The notes: generated from the letters alone by a model not told the origin. Numbered from the stretch's first letter, positions 1 through 14,600 are shown. The stretch: 64,000 bases of DNA from Azolla caroliniana (GCA_043228905.1 JBHGNT010000015.1:15686001-15750000); one strand, 5' to 3'. Numbers and translations are program-made.

Positions 1-2600
1 TTGCTAATCAATTAGGTGTTATAGTAGCTACTTCATTCTTTACTAAGGTGCAATTAAGCTTGTCAATTAGCTAATTGCAGTATAGCACACAGTAGTCTCC
101 CTATTAATTGATTGAGTTTTGTGGAACCCACAACTAAGCATTTCCTAATGAAATGGTATCAAACTCCAATGTGCTTGGTCTTCACATGATACACCAGATT
201 TTTAGCCAGCGCAATGGTACTCTAACTCTTAAGTATCACAAAACAATCTGGGTACAAGGTGAGGTATGCCCATGTCACAGGCTAGTCTTTCCCTATAACT
301 TCCTTCCATGCCTCACTAGTTGCAACATACCTTCCTTCTGCAGTAGGGAGAGCAACCCATTCTTGGAGGCAAGATCTCCAAGATATGGTACCTCCCATAA
401 ACTAAAAAAGTGTACCTCTAAGTAGACTTTCTACTCTCAGAACAACCAACATAATCAGATTCGATATATCCAATAATAGAAACATAGACACTTATTTGTA
501 GTGCCACTTAGATATCCTAGTATCATCTTAACTGCTTCCTAGTGTTTCTGAAGAGGATTTGATAAAAACCTACTCATAAATCCCATTGTAAATTATATAA
601 TATTTGGCCTAGTCACTATCATATCGTACATGAGGTTACCAACAATAGATTGATAAGGAATTTTGCTCATGGACTCCTTTTCATCATCAGATTTGGGACA
701 CTCAAATAATAGTGTGTTGGTTTCCGCTTAAATAGTTTGGCCCTCACCAAACCAAAGTGGTTAACCCAAGCTGATTAAAGCCTTAACCGATTTGGAAATG
801 GTTTGGCCAAAATCGGTTATGTTTGGCTTGAGCCATCCCAAACCAAACTCAAACCGGTTAAGGAAGCTCAAGCCTAAATTGAACCGCCAAACCATTGAAA
901 AATGGTTTTAACGGTTCAATTCAGGCTTGAGTTTAGCTGTTGCCAATTCGTAAGTGTGTGCAAATGTTTTGCACTCTCCATATTAAACTTCATGAATATT
1001 TAGGATACATATTACATACTTAGATTGAGACAAGCAAAACATCCATTACTCTTATAATCATTGATACATATGCCAAGGAAGTGTTTTGAATTTCCCAAAA
1101 TTTTCATATCAAATGTTTGACTCAAAATTTTCTTTAGCGTAGACATCTCATCCTTGTTTTTACCAACAATGAACATATAATCTACATAGAGTTAAAATCA
1201 CATGTGCCATCTAGACATTTCTTTATATGTAGAAGCAAGTATTCATTGCACCTATTATAACCTTGGGACATAATGTAAGCATCAAATTTTTTATACCACT
1301 TCGACAAGATTGCTTAAGACCATACAAACTTTTCTTAAGCTTGCACACCAAATGCATTTTTCCATGAACCTCAGAACCCTTCAGATGTTCCATATAGATC
1401 TCCTCATTGGATATCCATGCAAAAAAGTTGTTTGTACATCCATTTGAAATAACTCAAAGTCGTTATTAGCAACCTTGAATGTGAACCTCATGCATAATGT
1501 AGTCATCATGTGGAACATTTTTAGCACTATCGGTTGGCTATTTATACTTATATACCCATTTACATGGCAATGTTTTCCTACCTTTTGGCAAAGGCACTAT
1601 TATGAATAATACTATCCAATTCACTCTACATTGCATGCATCCACTTAGCATGATCATGGAGTGATATGGCTTCATGATAACAAGAAGGTAACTGGCATCT
1701 GTTAGCATTACAAAATCCGTAAATCTACTAGGCGGTTTGGGGACACGTGTACATCTCCCCAAGGATTCCTGAGCCTGAATACCATGATAAGGTTGTGCAT
1801 GGGAAACATCATTTTGAACACATCATGCTAAACATCATCATTCTGAATATCATCATGTTAAGCATCATCATCAACCTGGTTAACAACATTTTTAAGTGGT
1901 TGACCACATGTAGGAGGATCAACATTAGTGGAAATCTTGTTTTACGGTAACATAAGGTATAACATCCTTAAATACCACTTTTCTCACTTCTACCTCCTTA
2001 ATGGGTCGCTTATGCATCTTGCTTTCATTAAAAACATCATCGCTACTTCTAACAATAGTATGAGACTAAGTATCCCATCAGCGATATCCAAACTACCCAT
2101 CGATTCCATAACAAAAAAAAATACATTTCCTACATTTATAATCCAGTTTCTACGTTAATTTATTCAAAATATGCACATATGAGTCATAGTGCAGTGTCTT
2201 GCTGATCGACAACTCTCGTGCTACTTTCAGGCTTATGATTGCGTTTGGTGATAGATTAACATGAATTGTTGTTAAAAATAGCTTTTCCCAAAAAATTATG
2301 AGAGTTTTGCATAATGTAGCATAGAGACAACACAATCCTGAATAGTTTTATTCTTGATAGGGGTGTAAGGAGCCATAAACTCTTTCTAAATGCCTCTAGA
2401 GACTTATAAAAGTGACTAAATTCGTGAGAGGTATACACATCTCCATTGTCTGAAGTAAAGCCTTAAGCATTGTGCCCTATTCCCTTAATTGGATAGACCC
2501 AAAATTTCCTAGTGGCATCATCAATGAAAGTGACAAAGTACAATGTCCCTCCCAAAGATCTTGTGGGTAGTTTTCATGGCAAGATGAGAACCATTGCTAA
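1..2600 (-). mobile_element. Degraded Ty1/copia pol remnant (integrase-RT-RNase H)
   Basis: Minus-strand fragments read 'PKPPSRFTDFVMLTD', 'LPKGRKTLPCKWVYKYK', 'QMDVQTTF', 'KSLYGLKQS' and 'FVTFIDDATRKFWVYP'. Many stops and frameshifts; no LTR recognised. Confidence 0.8.
717..950. repeat. Short insertion rich in AAACC/AACCG motifs (non-autonomous DNA-transposon-like) within the copia RT
   Basis: Interrupts the copia RT reading. Repeated aaccaaa/aaccg/ggttt motifs are similar to those at 2631-2870. Confidence 0.45.
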
Positions 2601-2630
2601 AATGTATTGAAATATCTCCTATACCAATCA

Positions 2631-2870
2631 CTAGCAATCAACAACGGTTTGGTTTGGGAGTCTCAAACCAAATTCTTGAAAAAGTTGGAACTTAAACCAA
2701 ACTGTACTGAACCAAACCATGAAACCATTTAGTTCAAAATCGTTGAAACTGAGCCATTTAAAACAAATCAACCTCAAACCAAACGGTTCTGAAGATTTAC
2801 AAACTGTTAAGTTGTTAAACATTTAAATCGTGGTTTTGTGGTTTGATTTTGGTTTTGGTTTTGGTGTAAA
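2631..2870. repeat. AAACC/GGTTT-motif-rich repeat (non-autonomous DNA-transposon-like)
   Basis: Clusters of ggtttggttt, aaccaaacc and aacggtt; resembles 717-950. Confidence 0.4.
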
Positions 2871-3339
2871 ACATATTACCGATGATTTAGCAATTATAGT
2901 ACACTTAATTTTTCAAAGAGTGCACTTAAAGTAAATCCTTTGAACTTTTGATTAAGTAATCAATTACACACTTATATTGTCAGATGATTTAAATGAATAA
3001 CAAAATGCATAAAATCACTAAAATTTCATAAAAATTTGAAAAATGTGGAAAATACCAAAATAGGAATACAAGAGGAAAATAATACCATCACATGATCCTC
3101 ATGCTCACAAACACCACATTCTGAAAGGCGATTGCTACTTCATTAACCATACTTGATTGTAAAAACAACTTGATGTGCCCAATGTATTTGCAATATTATT
3201 ATAAGGATGCTCAAGCTTTCCATATAAATGTCTTCAAGCAAAAATGACTTGTACAAAGAAACTCAATTTCTCAACAAGATATTCTTATTGTTACTATTTG
3301 TCAAAATTTATGGCAACATTCTGCCAATCTTAATCGGCT

Positions 3340-3380
<41 letters not shown>
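3340..3380. repeat. Compound (CT)n(TA)n microsatellite
   Basis: Direct reading of the sequence. Confidence 0.95.
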
Positions 3381-3659
3381 GAATCCTTCACAATTATAAG
3401 GATCCCAAAGTATTAAGTCAAAATTTACACGATTTGATCTCTTTGTCGGCGATCTGTCTACTAGAGCTATCTATACTAGTACCACCACTACGGCCAAAAC
3501 GATGAGGTCAACCATTTCCTCAGCCTTCACCCCTGTGCAATTAGAAGATCATTATCTTTAAACAAGCATTTATTTCAACCAGCATGTAATGTATTTATGA
3601 TGAAAGGCTCCAAAATACATCAGAAAGCTCGAATAGAACATCGTACATGGCAATTTGAG

Positions 3660-4401
3660 TATTTGCATATACAGGTCGTAAATGGAAAACACATGGCTAC
3701 GTAAGCTATATGGGTGATCCTTATGCGGGTCCACAAAGCAAAGTCATCTGTTTCTTCCAATTCATGACTAGATTGGGATGCCACATTCTAGCCACTCGAA
3801 CTGCTGGAGAGCCAACTGTTGCAAAGATTTGGCACACATATCGTGTTCCCCATGTAATTATTACTAAGTTTTGGCGGAAAATATGGATCCAACACCACGC
3901 AAATTACCACGTTCCAATGGCTAGTAATACATAGTTCCAATGCCTAGAGACCCATCGAATATGGCGGGGGATTGACCGCCTATTGCAATTATGTTAGGTG
4001 CAAGGTACAATCAAGTGGGGGAATGTATATTGGTTATCATGGGAGACCCCAATAGACAAGTACAAACATTGGGAGGAGGGCATGACACTAGTGATAAAGG
4101 CACAAGGGATACTTTGAAAACAATGGGTCTTTTCCAATCAAAGCTTGCATCAAGCAATGTTATTGCAAATATGGAGTGACGTTGTAGCCACTCTAAAGCG
4201 CCAATACAATGGCCTCACGGGCAGATCCGACGGAATCGAAAGACAACGATTAACCTTCATCCTATAATGGTTGTCCTCTCCCTTTCTTGAGTTAGTAGGC
4301 CACCATATAAGATGGAACTATTGCATCCCTTTGGGATTTGTATATAGCATTCTAATCTGTAAAATTTTATAACTAATGGAAGGAGTTTTTTTGGAAAAAA
4401 A
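3660..4401 (+). mobile_element. 3' fragment of an L1-type LINE (same family as 53604-59494)
   Basis: ORF 3710-3934 (DPYAGPQSKVICFFQF...ITKFWRKIW) matches ORF 54313-54918. The end 'tgtaaaattttataacta...ttttttggaaaaaaa' matches the reverse complement of 53604-53655. Confidence 0.85.
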
Positions 4402-5420
4402 GGAAAGCTCCAATAAATGATAGACTTTAACTAATCCTCTTGCAAATCCGTTGCGTTCTGCTCTAATTTGGAGCTTTGGAGGATTCTTAGGCTAGCTTAT
4501 TTTAATGCCCTACTAAGATCCATCAACTGAGATCCAAATCTAGAAATATTAATATCCAAAATAACAATTCATTTACAAGAAAAACTACATTAGACATTTA
4601 AAACAAAATTGACATAAAAAAATAAGTATTTATGGTTTCATAATCATACAACTACATACCAAGACTTCATCAAGCTTATGATATTGATTTGTGTATCAAC
4701 GTGCTTTGGAATAGACAAGGTCATCAAAGAATTATAGGACCTTGTGAAGATATTGGGCAAGAGGAGCATACAAGAGAGGTAGTGGATTAACCTCATGGTT
4801 TGTACACAAAGAACACACAAAGAGAAAACATCTACCACAAAGACAATGGTGGGTGGTTACACATCAATGTATAACGCAAGAAAATAGGCACTAGAATAGT
4901 GTATCTGTACATGCAAGAAGATCCCCCTTGTGCAAATTACACAATGCCAAATCGACTTAATTCGCGCTGCAATGCAATAACAGACATCCATACGTATAAT
5001 GACATTATTGCTTCTCCCAAGTCTTTAGCACTTGGAGATAGAGGGACATTGAATCAATGGCAAATAACCATATTAACAATTAACATGGAGTTATGTCTGG
5101 AAGAGAAAATCAATTTAGACTCTTCCCAAACATGAGAATAAAATCATTGTCCACTGAAATTTCGTGTAAGAAAGCTTTGGAACACTCCGTAAATTTTTGC
5201 CACTATAAGCTATACATGTGGAACTCATTTTTCATTCACAACTTACAATACAAGCTTTATTTCAAAATTTGTGTAGCACGTACAAAAATTGCTTAATAAT
5301 TATTGCCAAGCCTGGCAGATATTCAGCCCTAAATTACACCCAGCTGGATGCTATCCAACAGTTGAATAACAAAAGCTACAAAGTGATTGCAAATGTGATC
5401 TTCACCATTACTGACCCGAA

Positions 5421-5660
5421 CTATGCCAAGCTGGATGCTACAGCAGTTGCATGAGCTTGTAAAAGCAAAAGAACTTGTTCCATCACTGCTCGTTCGCGTG
5501 CTTGCTTAACCCAATCTGCAACTAATGTTTCTGCTTCAGTTCCTTTCACACTCTTTTCAATCAAGTCAGCAGCATCTACAAGATTTCCATCTGACAAACA
5601 TCTTTGTACTTGGCTAACAATAGAGTCTATTCCATCTGAGTACTTCCCTTCTTCCTTGAT
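5421..5660 (-). CDS. MIC60: MIC60 last exon (79 aa, mitofilin domain, then TAG)
   Basis: atgcag|ATC ... stop at 5421-5423. Confidence 0.95.
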   Translation of the reverse strand: MKEEGKYSDGIDSIVSQVQRCLSDGNLVDAADLIEKSVKGTEAETLVADWVKQARERAVMEQVLLLLQAHATAVASSLA

Positions 5661-8600
5661 CTGCATCAAAAAAAGAAGTGAAACAAAAAACTCACTCTTC
5701 TATATAGTCATCCAAAAAATAGGTCAATTTGAGCAACTAAAGCAAACACCAATACTAAATCAACTTTGCATGTTAATAAATGAAAAACAAATTATCCATC
5801 TAGTAATAAGTCTAAACAACCACTTAATTTGGGTACCGAAACACGACATGGCTAGACCATCATACTCCAAAAACACTAAATAAATAATGGCTAGATCCCA
5901 ATCACTCCATGCTATTTTCCTTCAAAAGCACCACTCATCCATATCAAAAGATTGATTACATGTACAACTCTCTCAACCAATGAGTGTGATGAAGTAAAGA
6001 CGAACAATCACTTCTCCGAATCCCAGGGTAACTAACGAGGTCTGCAGTCCCAAATCCATTGTATCCACCATAATATGAATTAGCATCTAAAAACCTACCC
6101 TGTTGATGTGGGACCGCATTCATGCATTTGGGTCGAGGATAACATCCAGCTAAAAATATTTTCAAATGGGATGTCAAGAGTATAGACAATGGTTCTATCT
6201 TTTTCCATGAGGCAATGCAATTATTTTTCATGAAATCTGATACAAATTAAATGCTACCTTTAGTACAGATATTGCTTTAGCAGCTGCATGACTTAAAAAA
6301 CCACCACCCGAAGCAGGTATCAAGGACAATTCTAGAACTGCACTCTTCATGCTGTCAAACTGCAGAAACAACAAACAGAAATGGGATAAGACAAAGCTCT
6401 GTTTACCTGCCCTAAGGTTTAGTCATAGAAAGGAGATGGTGATATACTAAAGTCTACGTGGGTCCAACATAACCACTGAGACCAAAACCCATCCCCAGCT
6501 GTATAGGTGGAGGATTTGGAAATGGTAAAACAAAATTAAAATTGAAATGAAAAGTTAGCATAATTCTTAAAATTTCACAATCTCTGTGGCTTTGGTTATG
6601 AGGTCGGGAAAACGCAAAGACAATTCCATCTGTTGTCAATGATGGTTCCATCCTCATTAGGAATCTTTGAAAGCTATTGCAACTTCGTTGGAATTCTTGA
6701 AAAATTAATTCCTCATATCCAAGGTATTCTAGAGTGTTATGTTCTACTTTTTCTGGTGTACTGAGGCAGCAAATGCCACAATTTATTTTTGTTTGCCTCA
6801 ATATTCAGCCAACTCCGGTTTCTATTTTCAATGTCTGCATGTTTGAGCACCAACATGATGGCAAATGTTACTATCTTGGGCATCAGCCAGATGCGCTCCA
6901 TAATTTTCACAATATAAAATATTACAGCGACTGCAATAGTACTCAAACTTAGACCTATGTTGGATTCTCCATTTTATGTGGAAGGCTTCAAAGGTAAATC
7001 AGTAAAACATGAACACATTCTCCTGTCCCTTTTTATCTCTATGTGCACATCCAAGGATTCAACTTGCCATCTTGAAAAGCAGCTCTAGATTTCTCAGACC
7101 AAGCTGGATGTCTTTTGTTGTCTTTCTGTGGTAATTATCCAATTTTACATGTGCTTGAGGAGGCTATTTTGAGACATTGTTCTTAATTTTTTGTACTAAA
7201 TGCATAAAACTTCAAGGGACAGGGATTGCAATGAACATAAGATGGTTTTAGACAATTATGTGCAATTTCACGTTACATTAATTAACTGTTGCACATAAAC
7301 ATGAGACAGATTTTTCTCAGCTATTAAAAATAAGAAACCAATGATAAGCTTGCCTGTTGATGCAGTTGGGCAAGAGTCTTTGTTCCTTTTCTATGGACGT
7401 CCTTGGGCAGAGACGATAAAGCAGCATCTAAAAGAGGATCTGAACCATGGCCTCCATAAGATGCAAAAATTAAGTTGATAACCTTCTCTACTGGAGCACC
7501 ATTTTTCATTGCATCTTCCAAAGCAAAGGTTCCCTATTAAAACATTGGATTTATTCCAAGTGTCAAATACATACGTACATACATATATATATACATGGAA
7601 AAAAGCAAGCAAGCCATCTTATCTTATTTATACTAGTCCATGGGCCTTACCACAGCCAGTTTATGAGCCGTATGGCTATGGCGAACTTCTTCTGATCGTG
7701 CATAAAAGACCATACGCAAAGCTTCCAGCTGTAAATAAAAATTATAATCTGGCAATCATTCATGTGATGCATGCACATGCACAATAAAGAAGCATGACTA
7801 ATCTTACTTCTTGTTTTATATCCTTCACATCCTTCAAATAGAGTGCCTTCTCTTTTGCAATAGCTGCTGTTATTTCAGCTTTTGCTAGAAGATCTCCTTT
7901 CTCAAGTTTAAGATTTGTTTCTTCTTCCTGAAAAAAAGTCCATCAACTTTCAAGCTTTTAAACATAAAAATGTACCATAGTATTACATAGTTCGGAAAAT
8001 ACCTTACGCTTCAGTTCTTGATTAAGCTTTTCAATCGCAATTTCACGTTCTAATCTCAAAGCAGCTGCAGCTCTTTCTCTCTCTATTTCTATTTCCTTGA
8101 AATAAAAACAAAACTCGTCAGAGGATTCTACAAAACTAAAACAAATAATAATGCGAGCCAAACTGTGCGTCATCCATCCAGTTAGTTTCACAGCCAGTAT
8201 TAATAATGTAACTAACAGAAATTGTGGCTCATTTATCTAGTTACCACCCACCCAACCTTAATATTGGTGTCCATTTTTCCTACCTTCAAATAGATATTCT
8301 AATGTTATATGATAACCACCACACTCATGTTTTTCCTTAACACGGGCAATCTTATACATTGGGTTTGGGAGAATGCCTAGCTTCTTGTGCCCAACTTTCT
8401 TGTGGATATGTAACCCTTGGTGCTCTCAAAAGAAAATGTGCACATTTTCAGTTCCAAGAGCCATGAACTAAACTACGGCTATTTGACATACTTGTGACAC
8501 CAACTCTTATGTATGGAGTAGAAACATGGGGACCAAGTCTTAACAAGGAAAATAACTGGAAAGATTTAGAAAGAAAGAAAGAAAATTTATGTCTTTAAAG

Positions 8601-11600
8601 AGGCCAAAATGGCCTATAAGACCAGACAAGAGATTACATCTTATGTGCTGTCTTGTCTTTGAGAACAACAAATCAAAATAAAATAAATATTATTACATAA
8701 ATATAAAAGTAAATAAGATAAAATGAGAAGAGGGAATCTAGTTTTCAGCACATGTGAGATTCTCATGTTAGATATATTGTAACTTTTTTCATCGAAAGAT
8801 CTCTACCATAGATGACCCATGATATAATTCAGGCAGCGATGGGAGTATCCCCTATAATCACCGATGCACTATTCCAATCAATGACATGTATCAACGTCTA
8901 CGGGAGCTCCCTACAGGAAGGTACTCCAGGTTGGCATTATGTCATTAAGACAACTAGCTGAACATGGAGACACTCATTGTCGGTATGCTGAAATGCAGCA
9001 ATGGTTCGAGCCACATGGAATAAGCATAAACATAGGCCATGGGCTCATAAACCATGATCTCACCATCCTTGTCATTGACAAATAAAGGCCATTATCTCCC
9101 TTTCCATTTTTGATCAACCTATGCTAAAGATTTTTAGAAGACAAAAATTACAAAATATCTGAGTTGAGAATTTTACATGTACTAATAACAAGATTCTTTA
9201 GTCTTTTTTATTTCATTTACTTTTTTTACTTAGTAACATTTATTTTGGTTTGTTTTTTTGGTCCTATTGGCCATTTTCGCCTCTTAAAAGAATATATCTT
9301 TCTTTCTTTGAAGATCATTTATATCGCTTGTTTCTAGGACAAGAAAGTAAAAGAGCATGGAAAATGTTTAATGAGAGGCAACCTACCACACAACTGACCT
9401 CACTCAGGTGTGGCATGAATATGCAAATGTCGTATATGATATCCTAGGGCAACCTCCTCTTCCCCACTGACATGGCTCACACCCACATGAAAGAACCTTT
9501 TTTACCCACAAAATGTAAGAAATGCCATTGATCGGTTACAATTTGGCAAGGCTGAAAATGGAGACATTCATTGTTGGCATCCTGAAATGCAGCAATGGTT
9601 CGAGTCACATGGCATGAGTATAAATGCACTACCCCCCTTCCAATATAGCTTTGACTGTCCCCATCTAAATATGACCAAAGTGGAAAAGAATAGAGTGATC
9701 CGAACTGATATTATTAACTTGGAAAACAAGATAACATGGATCAGCCCCAAAATATCACTTGGTACGAAGATGACCCACTATAAGACACACTTCTTACACA
9801 CATCGGAGGATGGATTCATCATCAGGCCACCTTATATGGACATAGATCTATCCTATGCGCTGCGCATGTGATAGGGCAGCTACGAACTTTAGCACATCAA
9901 TTACAGATTGAGGTAGGCAGATATACAAGAATTTGCCAATTGTGTCATCAAGGAGTGGAATCCAAAGAACACTATGCTTGTCATTGTCGTGTCTTTTAAG
10001 AAATCAGAGGGAGATACCATTCCCTCTTTAAATGAGACTCCTACTAATGCTACAAGTCAATCAAGGGATACAGAAATGGGCTCCCAACCAGGACATAACA
10101 ATGGGGTTACAATTGATCGGGCAATAGCAATTTGTCATGCACGTAGGCCCCGACCCCATGGACCATGACCTCAACACCCTTGTCATCGATAGATAAAGGC
10201 CATTATCTTCCGCCATCGCAGGTACTTCACTTGCTTCGGAGATCTTTCCATTCTGGATCGACCTATGCTAGAGATCTTTCGAATACAAAAGCTATAATAT
10301 ATCTAACTTGGGAATCTCACATGTGCCAAAAACCAGATTCCCTCGTCTCTTTTTATCTTATTTACTTTTATATTTACGGAGTAATATTTATTTTATTTCG
10401 GTTTGTTGTTCTCAAAGACGAGACAACACTTAAGATGTAATCTCTTGTTTGGTCTTATAGGCCATTTTGGCCTCTTAAAAGAGGCTAATATTTCTTTCGT
10501 TCTCCAAACTCATTATGTATCTAGGAATATTTTATCTTGTTCCATAAATGCATGGGTTACAAAACCCACTCTCATTTTTATGTTTAAAAGCTTTGAGCCT
10601 CATGAAGAAATAATGTTCTTATCTAGCTTATTGTTAAATTGTTCATAACAGTTTTCTCACACCCTCCAACCAAAAACATAAAACTTATAGGTAATGAAAC
10701 AGGAGATAGGAGGAACAAACATGTTATTCCGGTAATAATACGTCCTCTGTTGGCTATAGCATTTGAAAAATAGCAAATTACTAATTCATTAATTTATACT
10801 ACCTAGCGTGTTGTCTGACACTTGGATCTTCTTTAAAATAAATACTCTATTCATATGATAAATACACATCGCTATGCAAATCAAATATTCAATTGGAAAT
10901 GACTGATTAAGAAGGACTACCTTTCCCAATCGATTCGCTTCTTCTGCATACATTAACTCCTTTGCCTGTGCATCCTTTAACTCTTCTTGGAGTACTTGCT
11001 GCATGATCAGAAGTGCTCACAATAAAATAATGGTCACTTAATTATCTAATTGCAGCGTAGTTTTAAGGAGGAAATCTAGAACTTTTAAGGTAATTGACAA
11101 CACCAGGAAACAATGATGCCTAAACCAGAACTAAGGAAGAGGACGAAGGACAAATCAATAATCAAAAGGTGGGTAAAGAAAAGTATCCTTATTGAAAACT
11201 AATAGATACTTCATGCTGACACAAAACTAGATATTGTATCTTATTCTAAAGATTTCTACCTTTATTTTCTTGAGAGCCTCTTCATAGAGGTAAGCATCAA
11301 TTTCTGCTTGTCTCTGTTCAGCAGCATGAACTATGTCCAACATATCAAATGCATTTTTTGCGGATTCACGGGATTGCCCATCTGTGGTACGCGTCTCATA
11401 TGCAGCATCAGGCTATAAACATATCATGAAGATTTAATAAATAATCCCTGATGCCCTCAAACAAAGATGCACCTATATAGCATGATCAGAAGAACTATAT
11501 CCCCAACTTTAAAGTTACCTTTATTGAGATCTCATGTTTCAATTCGGGTTCTGTTCCTGACTTTAATTCTTCTTCAAGTAGATATACAGTTTTTGCTCCG

Positions 11601-14600
11601 TCATGCTGGATATGATATGCTTCAAAAACACTGGGCCTCTTTCTTTCATTCTCGGAACTCTGAATGATATAATCATCATTAGAACTTGTACAATCATTGA
11701 AACATAGATATTCTGAATGATATGATCCACGGAATAAACAGATAAAACCCAAAAATGGTTTTCACACTCAAAACACTTGTTTCAGAATATCATGGTTGAT
11801 GGAACAAATCAAGTTTACAATCTGTTAAAAGCACACATCATAAGAGGCCAATTTATCACAACAGATTGAGACACACCTCTTCTGATTTTTCAGGAATTTC
11901 ATGTAAGAGTTCATGTTCCTCCTGTGCAACTATAGCAGATTGTGTTTGGATCTTATGTAAATGTTCAGCATGATCTTGCACTTCATTATTTGCAGAACCA
12001 TCTAAAACAATATTGGGTATAGAGTCCTGCAGTGGAAGTTTTTCCTTACTTTCAGTGATATTATTCTGTTGAATAATCTCATTTCCTGGTAACTCTTGTT
12101 CCTTCCTTGGTACTGTAGCAGATTGTGATGGAACGTTATGAACTTCTTCAACATGATCTTGCTGTTGATTAGTTATAGATCCATCTGCAACAACATTTGG
12201 TGTGGATTCCTCAGGTGGAAATGTTTCCACATCTTTATTGGTATTACTCTCTTGTTCAATCTCATTCACTGGCAATTCTTTTTCCTCGTCAATAAGGAAA
12301 AGTTTCTGCTTCACAGAAGTATTTTCATCTTTCACATCAACACCTTGATTTTCTGAAACCAATTCTTCTTCAGAATTTGCCTTCTTTTCCAACTTTTGTT
12401 CATCTTTCTGGTGCACACTTTGTTCTTCTTTTTGACCAAGACGTAAAGTTTTACGCAAGTCTACAGGATATAAAGTAACAACAGCAATGGCTGCTGCAGA
12501 TAATGCCGCCACAATCATAAAATATGACTGTTTAGGAGGACTTTCTGAACCTTTACTTTGAGGCTGTGGTCCTTGTGTAGCGGCAGCCTTTGGAGTTATG
12601 GGCGGAGCAGCCTTTGGAGTTATGGGTGGAGCAACCTTTGGAGTTGTAGGTGGAGGGGGCATGCCTTTTTTTTCAGGAGCACTTGTTACCTTTTCTGAAG
12701 GTGTACTTTTTCCACCACCACCATGCCTAGAAGCTGCTGAGAAAAGCCTCTGTCCAATCTGCAGGACAGTTTAAATATTTGATTCTAAGCAATTATGCTT
12801 TACTTTAATTGTATTTAATTTAATATCGCAAACATTTAACCATCACTTGGATTTTATTCTGCTTTTTCCAATAGAAAAACACTGTTATGGAAGGAGTAGA
12901 TGCTTTTCTTCATTATAGTCATGGACGTAGCATCTATTTGAAAAGTTGAAGTCCTTAATCTTTTCAACGTGAAAAATGTTTTTTAATCAATCAAACAAAT
13001 ACTGTGATACGCACAAGCAACCTGCACTTGTCTTCATCATAAACACAATTTCCATAAGCACATATTTTGTCAATACAAGACAACACTTAAATGGTTAATG
13101 CGCCAAAAATGAACTCAATCTTCTTGAGATATTTTCGCAGTCATGCAAAATTACTGCTCTTATGAATAATATATCAAGAAGCACAACATATGATGCATCA
13201 AAAACACTTTTTCAGCAAACATATTGGAGAAAGAAAGAAAGAACAATATATGAACGTCTTTTAAGAGGCCAAAATGGCCTGTAAGACCAAAACAAGAGAT
13301 AACATCGTAAGTGTTGTTCTTAAAATAAATAAAAGTTACTAAGTAAAGAAGGTAAATAAAATAAAAAGAGACTAAAGAATATTGTTATTGGTACATGTAA
13401 GATTCTCGCATCAGATATAGCATAGGTCCATCCAAAATGGAGAAGTCTCTGAAGAGAGGGAAGCCCCTATAGCGGCAGAATATAATGGCCTTTATCTGTT
13501 GATGAATAGGGTGGTGAAATCGTGATCCATGGGACCAGGGCCTACATGTATGAAGAATTGCTATTACCCGACCTATTGTAACCCCTTTGTTATGTTCTGG
13601 TTAGGACCCCATTTGTGTAGCCGTTGATTGACTTGTAGCATGAGTTGGAGTGATCGGGCTAAAGAAAGTTGTAATTGTTCTTTGTTGATGAGCTTGTGTG
13701 GCTGTATTGTTGTCCTTCAACAACTTTTCCATGTCTCTTGAGTTCTAGCAAGATTGGTGCTCATATTCCATTACCTGGCATAGTGGGCCATAACCTTACT
13801 TAAAGAGGCAATAATGCTCCCCCTTTGTTATGTTCTGGTCAGGAGCCCATTTGTGTAGCCCTTGATTGACTTGTAGCATGAGTTGGTGTGATAGGGCTAA
13901 AGAAAGTTGTGATTGTTCTTTGTGGATCAGCTTGTGTGGTTGTATTGTTGTCCTCCAACAACTTTTCAACGTGTCTCTTGAGTTCCAACAAGATTGGTGC
14001 TCACATTCCATTACTTAACATAGTGGGCTAGGATGGTGGCAGCTCCAGACCTGCACTCTTTTTCATCTTTATTATCTCTCCTCTACATTCTCTTTCTTCC
14101 TAAATTCTTCTCTCTTTAGAATCTGGAACTCTTTAAACACCTCTCCCTTCCATTTTTTCAAGATTACTCCCTCTTCTTCCTTATTTAATGTACATGTATG
14201 GTAGTACAAGAGTCATTTAACTACCAAACAACCACTTCACCCACATCCCCCAAATTTGTATAAATAGGCTATACCAGCCTCTTTTGTAAGAACTTTATTT
14301 TTGCTACTAACAAACAAGGTCTACTCTTTGGTTGTGTCTCTACTTTTTGCAACTATTTTGCTACTGTTGTCTAACAGCCTTCACACAGCTTGGCTGTGTC
14401 TATTTTTTCTTCCAACTATTCCATTGCTGCTATTAACAGCTTTTCACACATGGTATCAGGGTTGTGAGGTCTCCATAGCCTCAGCCTGATTTTTTGCCAA
14501 AAAGTGCACAAGCCTATCTTCTTTATCCCACCCTTAAGAGGTGTTTCTTTTCTTTGCAGCCACCTTCCCCACCTACAGAGGAGGTTTTTCTTTTTCCCCC

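Noticed and set aside
6454-6952. ORFs of 69-115 aa in a MIC60 intron
   Set aside because: No recognisable domain, and not needed for the MIC60 reading frame.
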